Below, in pieces: positions 1 to 11,178 of a DNA stretch of 64,000 nucleotides; within the stretch, counting starts at the first letter, position 1, and each line of letters opens with the position of its first letter. The position numbers and the translations under genes are program-made. Under the pieces are notes generated by a model. The model worked only from the letters and a program-made list of their open reading frames with translations. It was not told where the DNA came from and did not search any database. Source of the DNA: Podarcis pityusensis (Eukaryota); assembly GCA_964106645.2 (NCBI GenBank), contig OZ067051.1; one strand, given 5' to 3'.

Positions 1-703
1 CGCCGTAAGCATCCAGGTTCTTTGCTTTGAAGGTTTTGCGCTGCCAGCGGTGGCCCTGCCTGTGCAGATCTCCCAGAAGTCGCTTTCCAGGCAGGATGTT
101 TGGCCACAGGTGAGCTGGGCAAAGGATGCTGCTTCGTTCGGAGGGAGAGAACAGGCTGCTTGCCTTGTCGATGCAAGAATGCAAATGGCAAAGAATCCCT
201 GAGCAGGACACGGTTGTGTGGGCGGATTCTGTGCTGGCTGCCAGGGCCGGACCTTGCAAATAATTGGATCTATTGTGACAGATGCTTATGCTTTCTCTCT
301 CTGGGCTGGGAAGTCTATTCACTGCTGCAAGAGGTGGGAAGGGCCTGGGATTCTTTCTGACAGTCCCCTTGAGGTGGGGTTTCATCCTGTGCTGCTCAGG
401 AAGGAGTAGGAACAGTCAGCAGCAGGCTTTTGTATCTTGGAGCAACAGGGTGGATTTTATTTCCAGCTGCCTCCTTCCCTGCCTGCAGGGCTGTGCAAAG
501 GCGCTGAGGTTGCCCCAACCCACAAACAGGATGACTCTCAGTCGCCTTTTGAAGGTGATGCCGGAAAGTGCTGGCACTGTGCTTCCGCATCCACACGGAT
601 GTGCACTAACAAAACCCTAACCCTGTGAGGGAAGCTGCACATACTGGTGCTTGTGTAGCTGGTTTTAATTCAATTAATGTTTAATTGTGTTTTTTAATGG
701 TTT

Positions 704-1333
704 ATATTTTTTTGCATTCTTATATTACATTGGTAAACATCATCATATTACATTACATAGCTTATTATAATATATTTTCCAACATGTATACCAAGATTAT
801 ATACACACTTTATATACCTAAAAAGAAAGAAAGAGAAAAAACAAAAAGAAATCCCCCCCAAATCATATATGTACCAGCACATTCAGCTTCCTGTCTATCC
901 CATTGTATATTCCATTTTTAACAAATGAATGTACTCATATTATTGTATATTTCTTTTACATTTTATCTAATACATTCCTATAACAATATGTGCTCTTGTT
1001 CTTATTTCTCAACTCAGTCTCTCTCCAACATCAATCAAATGCTAGCATAGATAACGAACCTTTACTGTATTTTTGAACATATGTTTTATATCTATCCCAT
1101 TTTTCCATAATTTTTTTATTTGAATTGCCTCTCAGGCTATTTGTCAGCTGCGCCATCTCAGTGAATTCTTGTAGCTTATATTGCCAGGACTTCTTCTTCC
1201 TTCCACCCCTTTGCCACCAAAGTCCGGGCTGCAGCCGTTGCATATGATACCACCTCCCTAAAGGCCTTCGGGATGACCCTTCCAACAATGCTTAACAGAA
1301 ATGCGTCTGGTCTTTTTAAAAAGGTTATTCCAA
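704..1333 (-). mobile_element. 5'-truncated L1-type LINE inserted in an L2-type 3' tail
   Basis: Degraded ORF2 C-terminus (EFTEMAQLT...KWDRYKTYV), T-rich left end, 12-bp TSD ttttaatggttt at 692-703 and 1334-1345. Confidence 0.75.
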
Positions 1334-2114
1334 TTTTAATGGTTTCTTTTAGCTGTTTTTTGTTTTAGCTCCAAGCTGTCTTGAGTCCGTGTCAGCAGCA
1401 AAGGCGGGGTATAAATAAACAAGTTGTTGTTATTACTAATAATCCTGTAGTTGAAACCATCAGGGCATTTACAGTAGAGTGTTTTTCACAGCTCTCCAGT
1501 GAAAGAGGATCGCGGCCTCTGCCTCCCAAAATCCAACGCAAAGCAAATACGGTTGGTTTGATCTCATAGCCCCACCTGGTGGCCACGCGTCTAATTATTA
1601 GTAGGGGGAAAGTAAGACAGGCAGACGACAGTCCGGGCGCTTGCACGCGATCCTGGCGCGCCCCGGCTGCTGATCCTATGCTCGTTTACTTGGAAGCCAG
1701 CCAGCTCTGCTTGGATTCCGTGGGATCCGCTTCTCCGGAGGAGAGCTGGTGTGATCCTGCGGGTGGGTGGGGGGGGTTGCGCGGCTGCTTCAGTCCAGCG
1801 GGCAGGATCGGGTCCCAGCGGAGGGATGCGCGCACAATGCGGTGGAAAGAGGCAGTCCGGGGAAAGTGCGGGCCACTTGGAGCACTTTTCTGCGGGCCGG
1901 GGCAGAAGAGGGCAATGGCGCCAGGCAGAAATCCGTCGGGTGCGTCCGCGGCCGCCCCGCGATCCTCGGGTGGAGGGCGGTATCTAAAGGTAATTAACGG
2001 CAACAATAAGAACCAAAACTGGAGGAGAAGCGACGCCGGTTGCAAGAGCAGCGCCACCGTTTTCCTTGCCTGCCGCCTTTCCACCGTTAGAGGCGGATTA
2101 AGAGCCTGGAAACA

Positions 2115-2311
2115 CATTTGACAAATATATTTTTCTTATTTCATATTTGACAAATATATTTTTATTTTCATATTTTCTTTTAGGTTCCGTATTTCTTTTT
2201 CAGTATATGCTGGTGTAAGGATTAATTTATTTTCATTTTTTTATAAATTTTAAAAATGCAATAAAGATTAATAATAATTGTAAAAATAATAATAGTAATA
2301 AAGATAATAAA
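2115..2311 (+). mobile_element. Short AT-rich retroposed insert (probably an L1 3' end) in the promoter
   Basis: Perfect 16-bp TSD taagagcctggaaaca at 2099-2114 and 2312-2327; AATAAA and an A-rich tail. Confidence 0.75.
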
Positions 2312-2719
2312 TAAGAGCCTGGAAACAGAGCCGAAGTCGCCGTGAGCAACACCCTTCCCCGGCCAAAGGCAGGACTCCCCTTCCTCCCCCATAAAACCCG
2401 CGCATCTCTCGCGATCCCCAGCAAACACGCGGAATCCGCGTCTTTTTTCCCCTTTTCGCAAACGCGCATGCGCACTCTCGGGCATCGGCCCCTCCTCTCC
2501 GCCCCCTCCCGTCCGGAGAGCCGGCCGTCACGTGACGCCGAAGGCAGCCGGTTGGCAGTTGCGGGATTCCTCCCCCCCCCCGCCCTTTTCCTTTCGAGAA
2601 ACTCCCTGATCCGCGCCGGGAGCGAGCCGCTCTGCCCCGAGCCCTCCCCTCGTCTCCATGGTCTCTTCGCCCCCGGCCCGCCCCTCGCGGTCACGTGGCG
2701 CCCTCGCGCAGGCCGGAAG

Positions 2720-2857
2720 GAGGCCTGACAGGCCGGCCCCCCGCCGTTGGCGGCCGCGAGGAAGAGGCGGAGGAGGCGGAGGCGGAGGAGGCGGAGGCCG
2801 AGCGCGGCGAGGAAGCAGGAAGCGCCGCCGGGAGGGACGAGCGGGAGACGGAGCGAG
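2720..2857 (+). other. RNF216: Probable non-coding exon 1 of RNF216
   Basis: GGAGGC-repeat leader just downstream of the promoter motifs, ending at donor GAG|GTGAGC (intron starts 2858). Start is approximate. Confidence 0.65.
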
Positions 2858-3864
2858 GTGAGCGAGGGAGGGAGGGAACGAGCGAGAGAGCGGCCGGCCG
2901 GCCGGCCGGGGGGCCTCCGGGGTCTCCCCGCCCGCTCCCCCAGGGGCAGCCCCGCCCGCACCTGCCTCGGTTGCCTGGCAACCGCCCCCCCCCCGGCACC
3001 TGCCGGGCCTGCTGCCCCCTGCGCGGGACGCCGAGGGCGGCTGCTGCTGCTGCTGCTGCCAGCCCGTGTGGGCGTCCCCGAGGCAGCCCCTCCGGCTGCT
3101 CCTCCTCCTCCTTCCCCGGCGGGCTTCGTTTCGCTTTCACGCCGGAGAGAGGAGGACGCGGCTCCCCCTTCCCTCCCCCCCAGCCCAAACTTCGGCGAGC
3201 TGGAAGTTTGGCTCCTCCGCTTGGCGGGGCGACTCGGCCTCGGAGGGGCGGCTGAGCTCTCGCTTGGGGCTCCCTCCCCCCGCGCCCCCGGGCTCCCGCT
3301 TGCCCCTCTTGCAGCAGCTGCCTTCTCCTCCACCTGCTCCCCTAATCCTCCTCGGCCAGGGCCATCTGCTCCCCCGGCCTCGCCAGTCTCCTCTGCACAT
3401 TCTCCGCACTCCAAGGAGGTCTCGTTTCCTTATCGCGGCTGGGATGGCGTCCCCTCCCTGCTTTCCAAAGTCCACCCACCTGCGATGTTTAATAAAGGAA
3501 AAGCAAAGGCACCTGAACTTTTGGGGGGAGAGGGGGTGGGGATGCCATTGGGGATGTGGAGGTCTTCCGTGGTCCAGGGAGGGGAGAGCTGCTGCTGCTG
3601 CCGCCCTCTGCTCCTGCTTGGGGGCACCTGGTTGGCCGCTGTGAAAACAGGATGCTGGACTAGATGGGTCCTTGGCCTCATCCAGCAGACTCTCCTTATG
3701 TCCTGCTCTCTGTCGCGTGTGGGAGCCTCTTATTGCCAGCTTTGAACGTTTGGATTTGGCAGAACGTTTATTTCCAGGCGCATGTGTGGTGGTGCCGGGT
3801 CACACTCCCCCCCCCCCCCAAAGTGCACAAATCTGAGAGGAGTGGTTGGGTTGTGTGCCTAAGC

Positions 3865-4364
3865 CAGGGGTCAGCAAACCATTTCAGCAGGGGGCCGGTC
3901 CAGTGTCCCTCAGACCTTGTGGGGGGCCGGACTATATTTTGAAGGGGAAAAATAATGAATTCCCCCACAAATAAACCAGAAATGCATTTGAAATAAAAGC
4001 ACACATTCGACTCATGTAAAAACACGCTGATTCCCGGACCGTCCGTGGGCCGGATTTAGAAGGCGATTGGGCCGCATCCAGCCATGGGCCTCAGTTTGCC
4101 TACCCATGGCCTAAACCAGGGGTCAGCAACATTTTTCAGCTGTGGGCCGGTCCACCATCCCTGAGACCATGCGGTGGGCCGAACTATATTTGGGGGGAGA
4201 AAAGAACGAATTTCTATGCCCACAAATAAGCCAGAGATGCATTTTAAATAAAAGGACACATTCTACTCATGTAAAAACACGCTGATTCCTTGACTGTCCG
4301 CAGGCCAGATTGAGAAGGCGATTGGGCTGCATCCGGCCCCCGGGCCTTAGGTTGCCTACCCCTG
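3865..4364. mobile_element. Two tandem hAT-type MITEs (3865-4108 and 4117-4364)
   Basis: Terminal inverted repeats (TIRs) caggggtcagcaa / ttgcctaccc(a/c)tg; 8-bp target gcctaa(g/a)c at 3857, 4109 and 4365. Confidence 0.85.
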
Positions 4365-6349
4365 GCCTAAACCCACCTGACTTCCGGTTAAATTCAGTGT
4401 AAACTCAATTGTGCTTGTCCTGAGTAGACATGCATAGGATCATGCTGTTGTATTGATTTGGTACTGTGTGTTTGATGTTGCTTAATCGTGTTGCAATGTG
4501 TACTGAGTTTTAAAAGAGGCGTGGTTGCTGAGCAGCCCAACTCCCTTCTTTACCCTACATTTCAGCAATTGCTTTTCCCCCATTTGAGATGTACAGATAA
4601 GATTCTAACTGCCATGCCCAGCATGCAGGGAGCATTGTAAGTGTCATGGCAGACAGCTTCTGAGTCTTAGGGCTGTTCCGTGCATGACATTGCTCCCCAG
4701 AGCCACAATATCGGAACGGGGCCTTCATGTTCAGGGGCAGCAGTCTGGTGAATGCAGTGGGACAAGGAGGAAGGGCTGCTGGCCTTTTTCATGCTTGGTT
4801 TTTACCACGGCATGTTTTCATACTGTGGGTTGACTGGAGCCGTGTGAATGGCCACAGTGGGAATTGGGACCCCTTATGAGATGTTCTGGGTTCTGCTTCA
4901 GCAGCCAGGCTCTTTTTAGACTGTTGGAGCCTTTTCTTATACTGTATTGAGATCCCATCTTGCTGCAGGAGGAAAAAGCACATGTGGAATCCTCCCTGGA
5001 ATGTGACGTGAGGGTTTGTTTCATGAGGAGTGCTGGGTAGTTGAGAGCTCTTTGCGCAGGGTAAGAGTTGCACCAAAATGACTAGTATGATGTGCTTTGA
5101 ACACTTGGGTGCTGTGTTATTCACAGCCACCTCTTCCAGTTTTTGTTTTTGTTTTAAAACTATTTTAACACTTTTGCAGCAGGGATAGGTAACCTATGGT
5201 CCTCTGGCTGTTGCAGTTTCCCCAAGCCAAATCTTTGGAATGAGGGCATGCAAGAAGGAAGAGGTGGTCTATTAAGCTGCAGAAATAGCTTTCATAAAGG
5301 AGATGGTTGTGGAAGTTTAGTACATGCAGCTGTGGAGATCTGTTTCTGAAGGGGGTGTGTCTGTTTACCAGCTTGTAAAAAGTCTTTCCCTTATGGAATG
5401 TGTGTTTGCCAACTCAGTGCCCTCCAGATATTTGTTGTAAGACAGTGGTGGGGAACCGCTGGTCCACGGACCAAACTTCTCCCGCCAACCCTCCCCATCT
5501 AGCCTGCAAGGCCATTTTGGGCAAGCCAGACACTTCCATTGTTACACCTGATGTCATACATTGGTAGGGCTTCAAAGGAAGAATCGGGAGATTAGAGTGA
5601 GCTCCCAATATTCCTTTTGCTCCCACTGCCCTTCTGCTGATGGACAATGAGAAACTGCTTCTCCCACCCAGTGCTGCTCCTTGAACTACTGAAAACTGGG
5701 TGCACAAAGAACAGTGTGAGGCTGCTTGTAAAAGGGCTTTCAAACAGCCCTGTGCTGTGCTTTGGAGTCCCGACAATCGGGGCTTCTAAGCACAGCATCA
5801 CCTGGTGTCATAGTGGTGTCAGGTGATTGACAGGGTCTTGCTGATAAATGCAGTCCATCAGGGATTGGAAGGCCAGAAGAGGTCTCCTCCCTGCCCCGCT
5901 GTAGACATCGCCTTGCTGCATCAGGCAGAGGACTTTCGAAACTTTAATTCAGCATCGATTGGAGGCAGTTGGTGGTGTCCTCAACTGTATAACCTGGAGA
6001 TTTCCCCCCCTTTGTACCGTATTAGAGAGATTTCTCTCTCATTCTGAAATTGCCAGGAAATGGTTTAGTTGTAGGAAGCATTTAGAAAGACAAGAGGCTT
6101 AATAAAATCCAATGCTTCAACATTCTTGGACCGGGGGGGGGTATCCAAATTCCTACATGCAGTCGTCAGATTCTTAGACACATGGACAACCGAGTGCTAG
6201 CCAGTGGCGCTTGCCCAGTCCTGTGTGTTGCTGATAAAGAAGAAATGGTTCGGGTGCTCAGTTCTTCCCCTGCTTTCACTGGTCCTTAACTCTTGCAGCA
6301 GCAGCATCACTTTCCCTTCATCATCTTCAGCATCTTCTGGTTGCAAAAG

Positions 6350-7262
6350 GCTTTTTTGAAAAAATATTTGAGGTTTTCAGTTATATACATTTCAAGAGTT
6401 TTACAGTAACTTAAACATATCAAAACTTGACCTCCTCCTCTTTCTGCGGTTCCTTACATTAATTTTTTCCCCATTTCTTGCATATTCTAAATTAACTTAT
6501 TTTTTCATTCATCTACTTTAATTGTTTACTCTTATGAAACTGCAGGTTATTACAATAACCCTGCCAATTTGTTTACAATTTGTTTGTAAATATTCAATAA
6601 ACCATTTCCATTTTTTAATGTTATCTTGATTTCTCTCTTCCCCCGCCCCGCAGTAAGTTTTGCCATTTCTGCGTAGTCCGTAAGTTTTTGTATCCATTCT
6701 TCTTTCATCGGGACTTTTTCTTTCTATTTTTGGGCAAATAACATTCTTGCCGCTGTAGTAGCATACATGAATAAATTTCTATACTGTTTAGGTAATTCTG
6801 CCCCTGTAATTCCCAAAAGAAAATTTGTTTAAAAATGCTGATTTTTTAAACAAATGTTATTTTAAACATCTTTCTCAATTCATTATGTATCAGTAAGCTT
6901 TAAACATACTGCGAGACCACATATGATAGAAAGTACCTTTTTTCTCTTCGCATTTCCAACACTTATTCGATTTTGATTTATACATTTTTTGCCAGTTTAC
7001 TCAGTGTTAGATACCATGTATATAACATTTTCATATAGTTTTCTCTTAAACCATAGCATGCTGTAAATTTTATATCCGTATTCCACAATCGTTCCCACAC
7101 TTCCATAACTATATTATAACCAATATCTATTGCCCAGCGTATCATTGAAGACTTTACCTGCTCATCCTTTGTCTCCCAATCCAATAATATCTTACACATT
7201 TTTGGCAGCGCTTTTACATTCCAACAGATCTCTCTCCAGTTGTGATATTTGTTCCCCAAACC
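6350..7262 (-). mobile_element. 5'-truncated L1 (ORF2 C-terminus plus 3' UTR)
   Basis: ORF 6978-7259 (WERLWNTDIKFTAC...ENYMKMLYTWYLT) is homologous to the L1 ORF2 at ~14 kb. Confidence 0.85.
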
Positions 7263-7961
7263 CCCGGGGCTTGTCTAGGTGGGCCTGGGTTGGAGAAAAG
7301 GCAGCAGCACCTGAGCAGGCTGCTTGGGACTTCATTGAGCATATTCAGCCTTTCCTGAACCTTTGGCAGGAGACAGAAAGCTGTGGGGCAGAGGAGGCTT
7401 TCGTGCTACGTTCTCCCCTTTTGGGGGTCGCGAATTCTGTTGCGTCTTTGTGTCAGGGGTGTGATAGCATCATTTGACTGTATCTCAATATAGAATTGTC
7501 CTTGGTGGCTGCTGCACATCGCATCTTTGGATGAGATCCCAGGAGAGAGGCTCGGAACAGTAATTTGCTCAGGGACACGTGGAGGAGGGGTATCGTTACT
7601 CCTTCACGCCGTTAGGACTCTTTCAGGTAGCAGAGTGAAGTCACACCTTCAGTTTTAATTAAGAGAAGAAGCATTCCTCAGTTATTGAAAACTTGTCACA
7701 ACAGCGTTTTCCTGTTTTCCATTTTCTGGAAGTAGCGAGGGGTAACGGTGAGCCAATTAATTAGGGTGTTCTGGAAGATACGGCTTCTGGCTCCCGTTAG
7801 ATTATTAGTTTCGCTTTTTAAAAAACTTGACCACTTTCGCTTTTCGAAAAACTTGACTCCTCATTTTTACCTCCAGGCATTTGGCTTCAGCCTTATCTGG
7901 CAATTTTGGCACCCAGGCTGTGCTGAGACTGCTAAGGGTTGTCTGTTAAGGAGATAATTTA

Positions 7962-8196
7962 CAGTCATACCTTTGACCCTTGGGACTCGGACTCCCGAAT
8001 GCCGCAAACCTGGAAGTGAGTCTTCTGGTTCGCGAATGTTCTTTGGAACCCTAAACATCCGACGGAGCTTCCGCGGCTTCTGATTGACTACAGGAGCTTC
8101 TTGCAGCCAATCAGAAGCTGCGCTTTGGTTTCTGAACGTTTTGGAAGTCGAACGGACTTCAGGAATGGATTCCGTTCGACTTCCAAGCTACGACTG
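7962..8196. mobile_element. Tc1/mariner-pogo-type MITE, family B
   Basis: TA flanks; TIR cagtcatacctt / aagctacgactg; similar to 15243-15493 and 62490-62710. Confidence 0.8.
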
Positions 8197-9285
8197 TAGT
8201 GGATTTAGACCAGGAGCGGGTAACCTGGGGGGGGGGGCGGGGAGAGATGCTGCTGGGCCCCAGCTGTCCTTGAGGTGTGGGTGGGTGGAAGAGACCTAAT
8301 GCAGAACATCTGGCGAGGTGAGCCAGCCGGGCTTTAGGCCCTTGAAGGTCATACTAGCAAATGAAGCTGTAGGCTGCATTAAAAAGCCCTTAGTCTATTT
8401 AATCATTTGAGTCGTAGCCTATTGTGATTGATTATGCTTGCATATGAGTAAGAATAGTGTTTCTGAAACATGCGAAAAGAGAGAGGCTTCTGTTAAGATG
8501 AATGTGTGCTGTGACATTCCTCATCTCAGAGACGTTCCTTCCAGCCTGTGAGAAAATGAAGCAAATAAAAATTAACTTAGTTTACTACAACTGTTATTAT
8601 TAAATGTTATTAAATAGGAAGGGAGGCCTTTTCATTTGGATGTTAATCCCCATTTAACTCCCCATGGAATCAACACTTATTGTTCGCTTCCCATTTCCAG
8701 GGAGCTGAGGTGACTCTCCCACTTTTCAGATTCCTGCTTTTGAGCTCTCCATGGGCATCTGGTGGTGGTCGTTGTTGTTAAATTTCTATGCTGCCCTTCA
8801 TCTTAGGATCACAGGGCTGTGGACAATATAAAAGCACAAAAATATATAACCTAGTAACAGACAAGAACAGTACCCCACGCCCACTTTAAAAGGCCATAGG
8901 CATAGATTATTTAATTAACCAAAGGCCTGGGAGAAGAGGAATGTTTTTGCCTGGTGCCTAAAGAGATGCAACGAAAGTGCCAAGCGAGCTTCCCTGGGGG
9001 GGGGGGAGCATTCCACTGCAGAAAAGCCCCGTTCTGGTGTTGCCAACCTCCGGACTTCTCACAGACACATCCTATGTTCTTGTTCTTTTAATACGGTGCT
9101 TCTAGGGGGAGGATAATCCAAAGGCATTTAATCAATAACTCGGGGAGCAGACCTGGTGCCCGCCAGGTGTTGCTGGACTTCCAACTTCTGCCAGTCCCAA
9201 CCAGCATGCCAGGGGTCAGGGATGATGGGATTCCCCCCCCCCCCGTTGGCTGCCCTTGCCATAGCTGGTTAAACGTTTCTGCTGT

Positions 9286-10153
9286 TGTAAACAAAAATTG
9301 CCCTTTTCCCTTATGGGGTATCCAAGAGCCCATGTAGAGTCCTTACATAGGTTCCCTATTGGTAGGAGAGAATTAACAGAGGCCAACCAGAGAAGCGGCC
9401 AACCAGAAGCGGCTTAGTCATGCTGGCCACATGACCAGGAAGCTGTACGCCGGCTCCCTCGGCCAATAAAGCGAGATGAGCACCGCAACCCCAGAGTCGG
9501 TCACGACTGGACCTAATGGTCAGGGGTCCCTTTACCTTTACCTTTAACCAGAGAATATTGAGAAGCAAAGTAGCTAGTAAACTTGATCTTTATTGATCTG
9601 TTTCAACAGGGTGCTCTCCTCACCCGCAGGAGAGAGGAGGAACCCAGAAAAATGGCGTGCAAAGCCTCATAAAGACTTTTGAAATTGCCACCCTGTAGAT
9701 CACGACCACCCCCAGAAACATCAAACATACATCACAGAAGGGGTGTAACCTAAGACCACCCCTCAGATACATCACACCAAAATCATAAAAAGGCAGTCTA
9801 AAACAGAAATTTTGAATGTTGTTTATCTCCTGTCTGGCAGGTTACTTGATTGGATTTCCTGGGGAGCCTGGCTAGTCTTTTGTAGTGATAAATACTTAGT
9901 TCCTGGGCCAGGTCACAGGCTCACACCCTATTCAAACACAGACATACCCTTAAGACAGGATTTGTGAAGGAAAAGACAATGGGGAGGCTTTTCCATTTTC
10001 CTTTGACCTTGCAGAGAAAACATTTGGTCAGTTTGGGACAGTTTGGGAATCAAATGGTTCCAGGTCGGTCTTCCTGTGCTGATCTATGTACATGCTTGGT
10101 TGGTACGCTTATGAACATTACTATATATCCAAGACCTCAAAATTCCTATCACA
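9286..10153 (-). mobile_element. Solo LTR (ERV-like) containing a nested Sauria SINE
   Basis: TG...CA ends, 4-bp TSD ctgt, minus-strand AATAAA at 9589-9594, motifs shared with the LTRs at 34089 and 50497. Confidence 0.7.
9395..9545 (+). mobile_element. Sauria SINE, 5'-truncated
   Basis: Characteristic body and (ACCTTT)n tail; 10-bp TSD aaccagagaa at 9385 and 9546. Confidence 0.85.
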
Positions 10154-10538
10154 CTGTGGCCTTTCTGGTGAAGAGCAGGTTGCTCTTGTTCCTGGCTGCT
10201 GCTGATCCCAGGCCCCCACGTCCCTTGGGAAAGCTAATGAACCTGTTTGGCTGTTCAGGCTTGTGTTCCTGGCTGCTGCTCAGAACAATTTCTTCCTTGC
10301 TCTGAGGAGGCAGCAGAACTTCCGCAACCCAGTGCTTTGCCCGGTCTGTGATTTGGCTTGCCAGCCATTCCAAGGTGGAGCTGGATTTGCAAGGAGGGAG
10401 ATTTTGACAATTGCTGGTCATAGAATTACAGAAGTTGTAGAGTTGGAAGGGACCCCCAGGGTCATCTAGTACAACCCCCCCGCAATGCACAAATCTCAGC
10501 TAAAGCATCCATGGCAGATTGCCACCCAACCTCTAGCC

Positions 10539-10858
10539 CAGGGGTTGGCAAAGTTTTTGTGGCTTGGGCTCGTTCATGGTCCTGCAGACACTGCGGTGGG
10601 CTGGAGTGCACATGCATGCGCAAATGCTATTTCCGGCGCTCCTTCCAGCGCAGAGGAGGCGTGCGCAGCTTCCCACTGGCTGCAGGAGCTTCCAGCGTCA
10701 CGGAAGGCGGTCCCTGCTCTGCTCTGTGCTGGTTTAGTGTGGCGCACGGGAGCTGAGCGGGTGGTGGAGGTCCCCAAGCCGGTGGCGGGGGTCCACGGGC
10801 CGGTTAAACAACCCCATGGGCTGCTTGTTGCCCATGGGCCTTAGGTTGCCAACCCCTG
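10539..10858. mobile_element. hAT-type MITE
   Basis: TIR caggggttggcaa / ttgccaacccctg; TSD ctctagcc / ctctgtcc. Confidence 0.8.
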
Positions 10859-10948
10859 CTCTGTCCTAACTGGAGGGTGGGCTTTTCTTGTGCCAGAAAA
10901 CAGGAGATTGCAGTGTTGTCTCTGGCATAAGGAGAATGCACAGCAGTA

Positions 10949-11178
10949 CAGTGGAACCTCGTCTTACCTACCATTGCCCTTGCGAACGTTACAGGTTACG
11001 AGCTCCGCTAACCCGGAAGTAGATGTTCCTGGTTGCGATCTTTGCCCTGGGATGCGAGCAGAAGTCATGTGGCGGTAGCGGGAGGTGCCATTAGCGAAAG
11101 CGTGCCCGTGTTATAAGTGGTTTAGGATTGAGAACGGACCTCCAGAATGAATTAAATTCGTAACCGGATGTACCACTG
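10949..11178. mobile_element. Tc1/mariner-pogo-type MITE, family A
   Basis: TA flanks; TIR cagtggaacc / gtaccactg. Confidence 0.8.

Larger units (their letters stand above)
1560..3450. promoter_or_regulatory. CpG-island promoter of RNF216 (core 2328-3450), interrupted by an AT-rich insert at 2115-2311
   Basis: Very high GC/CpG. Motifs: BANP/ZBTB33-like TCTCGCGA 2407, NRF1 CGCGCATGCGCA 2463-2474, GTCACGTGAC 2527-2536, GTCACGTGGC 2690-2699, ETS-like CCGGAAG ~2713. Confidence 0.9.

Noticed and set aside
1985-1996. Donor-like AAG|GTAATT in the upstream CpG block (alternative first exon)
   Set aside because: A single motif with no other support from sequence alone.
2563-2572. NF-kB-like GGGATTCCTC
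   Set aside because: Mismatches GGGRNNYYCC; common by chance in GC-rich DNA.
2233-3745. Long ORFs of 393 aa (-) and 332 aa (+) over the promoter
   Set aside because: Low-complexity Arg/Pro/Gly/Ala frames are expected from stop-codon scarcity in a CpG island; no domain is recognisable.
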